A DNA stretch of 18,343 nt, from the IMG/VR virus record IMGVR_UViG_2526164601_000033; one strand, given 5' to 3'. Origin of the DNA: a virus. Its lineage: Duplodnaviria > Heunggongvirae > Uroviricota > Caudoviricetes. The stretch's first letter is position 1; every line of letters begins with the position of its first letter. Below are positions 14,881 through 18,343 of this stretch, in pieces. The notes beneath the pieces were generated by a model. It was not told the origin of the DNA and searched no databases. It saw only the letters and a program-made list of their open reading frames with translations. Both the position numbers and the translations under genes were made by a program.

Positions 14881-15313
14881 ATGTTTGGTATTTTTGGTAA
14901 AAAAAGCCCGCAGAGCGGCAACGGAAATTAAAAAGTTTGAAAAACGCGATCTGGCACAGGTGGTGATTAACGCCGCCTACCTGGTGGCCTGTGCAGATGG
15001 TGAATGTGAGGCTTCCTAGAAAGCGAAGATCGAACAGGTACTGCGTAATCAGCCTGCGCTGTACGCGTTTACGTCAGAAATTAATGCGATTAGCGCAACC
15101 ATTATCGGTCAGCTGGATACGAACTTTAAAACTGGTCGTCGTGCGGCGTTACGTGAGATCGAGGATGTGAAACACGATACGCGTGAAGCGGAAGATGTGC
15201 TGGATGTGGCGGTGGCCATTGCGGAGGCAGACGGCGAAATTGAGCCGGAAGAGCGCAAGGTGCTGGAAGAGATTGCCGGTGTTCTGGGTCTTCGTCTGGA
15301 GAATTACCTGTGA
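14881..15313 (+). pseudogene. TerB-like (tellurite-resistance TerB family) gene disrupted by a frameshift in an A7 tract and an in-frame TAG
   Basis: ATG at 14881 (AAGGAA SD) reads MFGIFGKKSPQSGNGN then stops at 14929-14931. The +1 frame from about 14906 continues ...FEKRDLAQVVINAAYLVACADGECEAS-TAG(15017-15019)-KAKIEQVL...AVAIAEADGEIEPEERKVLEEIAGVLGLRLENYL, ending at 15311-15313. The ADGE..EE motifs are TerB-like as recalled. The frame change maps to the A7 run at 14899-14905. Confidence 0.6.
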
Positions 15314-15477
15314 CGGTAAAACTGCGCCTGACTGTGGCTGCACTCCTGCTGTTTCTGGTGGTGATGGTGGATTTCACCAGCAGAATCATGTCGGTGCTGG
15401 CGGATGGGGTGCTGGTCTGCGGCATTATGGTATTGCTGTGGCCGGTGATAAAAAGAAACAGCCTGCATAATGCTTGA
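15310..15477 (+). CDS. Possible small membrane protein (55 aa, GTG start overlapping the TerB-like stop)
   Basis: The frame reads VTVKLRLTVAALLLFLVVMVDFTSRIMSVLADGVLVCGIMVLLWPVIKRNSLHNA with two hydrophobic segments. GTGA start/stop overlap and no clear SD, so weak. Confidence 0.3.
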   Translation: MTVKLRLTVAALLLFLVVMVDFTSRIMSVLADGVLVCGIMVLLWPVIKRNSLHNA

Positions 15478-15643
15478 TTTTTTGTTTGCTGTTTATTAAA
15501 AACACTTCTGCATGGTGAATCCCCCTGTGCGGAGGGGCGATCAGCAACCAGGTATATGGGATAATCGCGGATTCAGGTGCTGATACTGAATTCACCGGGA
15601 GGCACCCGGCACCATGCAAGAAAAAGAATGTGCATGCAAACAT

Positions 15644-15667
15644 GCCCCTCTCCGGAGGGGCTTTTTT
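15644..15667 (+). terminator. Rho-independent terminator in the intergenic region upstream of the esterase gene
   Basis: Stem GCCCCTC / GAGGGGC with TCCG loop, followed by TTTTTT. Confidence 0.55.
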
Positions 15668-15794
15668 ATGGGTAAAAAATGCCCGAATGGGTTCGGGCAA
15701 CAGCATGAGATACTGATATTGTTGTGTTGTTATCGTGTGGATTTTAACCAGGGTTTATCAGGCTGCGCAACTGCGTGGCCTTTTTTCATTTCTT

Positions 15795-15839
15795 GGGCTG
15801 TAGTCCCCGTGTGTCATTCAGGCTTCCGGACTACAGCCC
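15795..15839. repeat. 12-bp perfect inverted repeat (GGGCTGTAGTCC ... GGACTACAGCCC) with 21-nt spacer
   Basis: Arms at 15795-15806 and 15828-15839, about 45 bp upstream of the esterase ATG. Confidence 0.6.
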
Positions 15840-15882
15840 ACTCCATATCTGATTTAATACACTATCCCGGCCGGGAGGAATA

Positions 15883-16824
15883 ATGACATTTAAACATTAT
15901 GATGTTGTCAGGGCGGCGTCGCCGTCAGATCTTGCGGAAAAGCTGACACATAAACTGAAAGAGGGCTGGCAGCCGTTTGGTAGTCCGGTGGCCATAACCC
16001 CTTATACTCTGATGCAGGCGATTACAGCAGAAGGTGATGTGGTGGTCAGTGGTGCAACTGAGCCGGATTGGTACTACGTCATCGTACTGGCCGGGCAGTC
16101 CAATGCCATGGCTTACGGTGAAGGGCTTCCGCTGCCGGATTCATACGATGCTCCGGATCCGCGCATTAAACAGCTGGCGCGCCGCAGTACAGTGACGCCG
16201 GGTGGGGCTGCCTGCAGATATAACGATATTATTCCGGCCGACCACTGCCTGCATGATGTGCAGGATATGAGTACGCTGAATCATCCGAAGGCAGACCTGA
16301 GCAAAGGGCAGTACGGCTGTGTCGGCCAGGGGTTACATATTGCCAAAAAACTGCTCCCGTATATCCCGAATAACGCGGGGATCCTGCTGGTACCATGCTG
16401 TCGTGGTGGTTCGGCATTTACCCAGGGCGCGGAGGGGACATTCAGTGCGGACACGGGGGCCAGCCAGGATTCGGCGCGCTGGGGTGTGGGTAAACCGTTA
16501 TATCAGGACCTGATTGCGCGCACCAAAGCTGCATTACAGAAGAACCCGAAAAATGTGTTGCTGGCGGTGTGCTGGATGCAGGGAGAGTTTGACATGAGCG
16601 CCGCCACCCACGCACAGCAACCTGCGCTGTTTACAGCCATGCTGACACAGTTTCGTGCTGACCTCTCCGTGTTTAACGCGCAGTGCCATGGTGGCAGTGC
16701 TGCAGATGTGCCGTGGATTTGTGGTGACACGACGTATTACTGGAAAAATACCTACGGCACCCAGTACACCGGGAAAGCAATCGCTGGCGAAGGTGACGTC
16801 AATTCCTCTGGTCAGTCCGGTTGA
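15883..16824 (+). CDS. Sialate O-acetylesterase-like protein (NanS-p-like: N-terminal DUF1737-like segment plus SGNH/SASA esterase domain), apparently truncated
   Basis: 313-aa ORF with GGGAGG SD. Motif LAGQSNAMAYGE (the GQSN block of SGNH/SASA esterases) and WMQGEFD (WxQGESD-like). Synteny with prophage nanS-p paralogues downstream of the tRNA cluster in lambdoid/Stx phages; those are usually much longer. Confidence 0.75.
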   Translation: MTFKHYDVVRAASPSDLAEKLTHKLKEGWQPFGSPVAITPYTLMQAITAEGDVVVSGATEPDWYYVIVLAGQSNAMAYGEGLPLPDSYDAPDPRIKQLARRSTVTPGGAACRYNDIIPADHCLHDVQDMSTLNHPKADLSKGQYGCVGQGLHIAKKLLPYIPNNAGILLVPCCRGGSAFTQGAEGTFSADTGASQDSARWGVGKPLYQDLIARTKAALQKNPKNVLLAVCWMQGEFDMSAATHAQQPALFTAMLTQFRADLSVFNAQCHGGSAADVPWICGDTTYYWKNTYGTQYTGKAIAGEGDVNSSGQSG

Positions 16825-17263
16825 GTTTTCGACATCATCGTGGCGGCGGGCTGTTCTGTCTCTTGAAGAACATCATAAAGCCTGGTTGTTGTGGTGTTAC
16901 AGCGGGAGTATTTGTTGGGAATATCAGATCGCGATAACACAGTGGGCGTGGAATGAATTTAATACTCAATCCGGTACCAGAAAAATTGCTGGGAAAACGC
17001 AGGAACGCCTGAAAAAATTAATCTGGCTGGCGGCGCAGGCAGTAAAAGCAGAACTTTTTGGTGGGGAAGGTTATGAATATCAGGAGCTGGCATTACTGGC
17101 GGGAGTGACAACTAAAAACTGGTCCAAAACATTTACTCGTCACTGGGTTGCAATGAAACACATTTTTCACCGACTGGATAGTGAGGCTTTATTATTTGTA
17201 ATGAGAACACGTTCAAAACAAAAGGCGGCATTTTCAAAGCAATGTGTTGCAAAAGTAGATTGA
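16825..17263 (+). other. Open reading frame without a credible start, in a different phase downstream of the esterase stop (possible frameshifted C-terminal remnant)
   Basis: The track ORF 16655-17263 is stop-free for 202 codons but has no ATG with an SD after 16824. The part upstream of 16824 is the alternate frame of the esterase gene. Confidence 0.3.
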
Positions 17264-17326
17264 AAGGCATATATTTCATGCAAATCTGATATTTTGCCGA
17301 TTTTGTACGTGATGGCAAAAGCAAAC

Positions 17327-17354
17327 AAAACCCGCCCACAAGCGGGTTTTGTTG
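17327..17354 (+). terminator. Rho-independent terminator (hairpin plus T-run)
   Basis: Stem AAAACCCGC / GCGGGTTTT with CCACAA loop, followed by GTTGT. An A-run precedes it, so it could act in both directions. Confidence 0.6.
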
Positions 17355-17500
17355 TGCCACTTATCTCGGATAGACATGGTGAATGCGCTGGTGGAGGAGA
17401 TAAGGGTGATTTTTGTATGCTTGCAACATTGATTTCGTAACACACCATTTACGGGGCGTACAAAAACAGGGAGAGTGAGGGCGTTTATTTTGTGCCCTTC

Positions 17501-18343
17501 ATGACAGACGGTAACGGCGTCAATACCGCCACTAACGCGCCGGCAGAAGATCCGGATATTCCGGCATCAGGATATTACGGTGCGGCATCGAGAACGAATG
17601 GAAACCAGGTATCATCAAACCGCCCGACACATTTCAGTTCATGGGCGCGCAGGAGCATTATTCCGGATCGTCTGGCAACCGCTATTCTGAACGCAGCCGG
17701 GCGCACCTCAGCCTTCATCAGTGGTAAGGCACCGGAAATCAAACCCTCGCCCGGCGGCAACACGCCATCGGGTCCGTCTGCAGATACGTCCGTTCGCACA
17801 ATCTCCCTGCTGCCGGCAGCCGGAGAGGCTGCTGCGCAGGGCTGGAGCATTAAGGATGGCGGAATTCAGTTGTCGGGTGGTGTATTTAAGATCACCAAGC
17901 AGAGCAATAAAACCTGGTCCCTGACGCATCCGGTGGATGACGCAATTACCCTGCTGACACAGGGCGGCAGACTGACCTGTAAGTTCCGCCTGTCAGGCGC
18001 ACTGACCAACAATCAGTTCGGGCTGGGGATTTATCTGTATACGGATGCTCCCGTTCCTGATGGTGTGGCGATGACGGGTACCGGTAATCCGTTCCTGATG
18101 TCGTACTTCACTCAGACCACTGACGGCAGAGTGAATCTGATGCATCACAGGAAAGCCGGAAACACGAAGCTGGGGGAGTTCGGCGATTACGGTAACGACT
18201 GGCAGACGCTGGAGCTGGTGTTCACCGCCGGCAGTGCCACGGTTACTCCGAAACTGAATGGAGTGGCTGGCCCGGCATTCCAGGTTATAAAAGACAGTCT
18301 GACACTGGGACTGAATGCGCTGACGCTGACGGATGTTACAAAA
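17501..18343 (+). CDS. Hypothetical protein, 3'-truncated by the window end (beta-rich, Gly/Thr-rich)
   Basis: Manual translation from the ATG at 17501 runs 281 codons to the window end without a stop. It is absent from the ORF track, presumably because no stop falls inside the window. An in-frame GTG at 17492 is an alternative start. No family recognised. Confidence 0.5.
   Translation, partial: MTDGNGVNTATNAPAEDPDIPASGYYGAASRTNGNQVSSNRPTHFSSWARRSIIPDRLATAILNAAGRTSAFISGKAPEIKPSPGGNTPSGPSADTSVRTISLLPAAGEAAAQGWSIKDGGIQLSGGVFKITKQSNKTWSLTHPVDDAITLLTQGGRLTCKFRLSGALTNNQFGLGIYLYTDAPVPDGVAMTGTGNPFLMSYFTQTTDGRVNLMHHRKAGNTKLGEFGDYGNDWQTLELVFTAGSATVTPKLNGVAGPAFQVIKDSLTLGLNALTLTDVTK

Noticed and set aside
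14586-14931. Plus-strand ORFs (104 and 66 aa) spanning the tRNA terminator and the G10 tract
   Set aside because: They start inside tRNA/terminator sequence and have no SD. The downstream part is better explained as the 5' fragment of the TerB-like pseudogene starting at 14881.
14750-15880. Shiga toxin genes (stxA/stxB) between the tRNA cluster and the nanS-p-like gene
   Set aside because: The interval holds only the disrupted TerB-like gene, a small hydrophobic ORF and non-coding sequence. No ORF of stxA size (about 320 aa) or stxB size (about 90 aa with a signal peptide) is present.
15614-15883. 89-aa plus-strand ORF in the intergenic region upstream of the esterase
   Set aside because: It spans an intrinsic terminator and the 12-bp inverted repeat, is Cys-rich and has no SD. 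Likely non-coding.
17575-17929. Minus-strand ORFs (91 and 73 aa) and a plus-strand 67-aa ORF near 17575-17929
   Set aside because: They overlap the long open plus-strand frame starting at 17501, which has a start codon and protein-like composition. The short ORFs are Arg/Ala/Pro-rich and typical of alternate frames in GC-rich coding sequence.
1-18343. CRISPR array, IS element or transposase, rRNA genes
   Set aside because: No regularly spaced direct repeats with unique spacers, no terminal inverted repeats flanking a transposase-like ORF, and no rRNA-like sequence were seen. The only repeats are short palindromes, homopolymers and the low-complexity coding repeat in the exonuclease gene.

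Overview
This window reads as the integrase-proximal arm, immunity region, replication/nin region and entry into the late region of a mosaic lambdoid prophage of the E. coli type. All protein and RNA identifications are from reading the sequence and recalled family knowledge; no searches were run. Left to right: a lambda-family integrase with overlapping excisionase-like gene (minus strand); a large DEDDh exonuclease-domain protein; a Qin-like dicB-operon segment (ydfD-like, dicB-like, DicF sRNA) interrupted by an AT-rich insert with two convergent unknown genes, one carrying an R-x5-H-x-Y motif; a DicA-like repressor flanked by operator-like TTAG-N6-CTAA repeats on both sides; a divergent Cro-like (DicC-type) gene; a YdaT-like gene; a replication initiator with DnaT-like C-terminus and a lambda P-like loader; an AT-rich moron encoding an orphan ModA-like periplasmic binding protein behind a perfect palindrome; a hokD-type toxin locus; Rem-like, DUF968-like and RusA genes; three tRNA-type genes (Ile-CAU, a degenerate tRNA-like copy, Arg-UCU) where no full-length Q antiterminator is present; a TerB-like gene disrupted by a homopolymer frameshift and an amber codon; a NanS-p-like sialate O-acetylesterase that appears truncated; and a 3'-truncated ORF running off the window. 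No stx genes, CRISPR array, IS element or rRNA were seen. The best candidate for something undescribed is the AT-rich convergent gene pair inside the dicB operon (4923-5541), followed by the orphan binding-protein/hok moron and the homopolymer-disrupted TerB-like locus.
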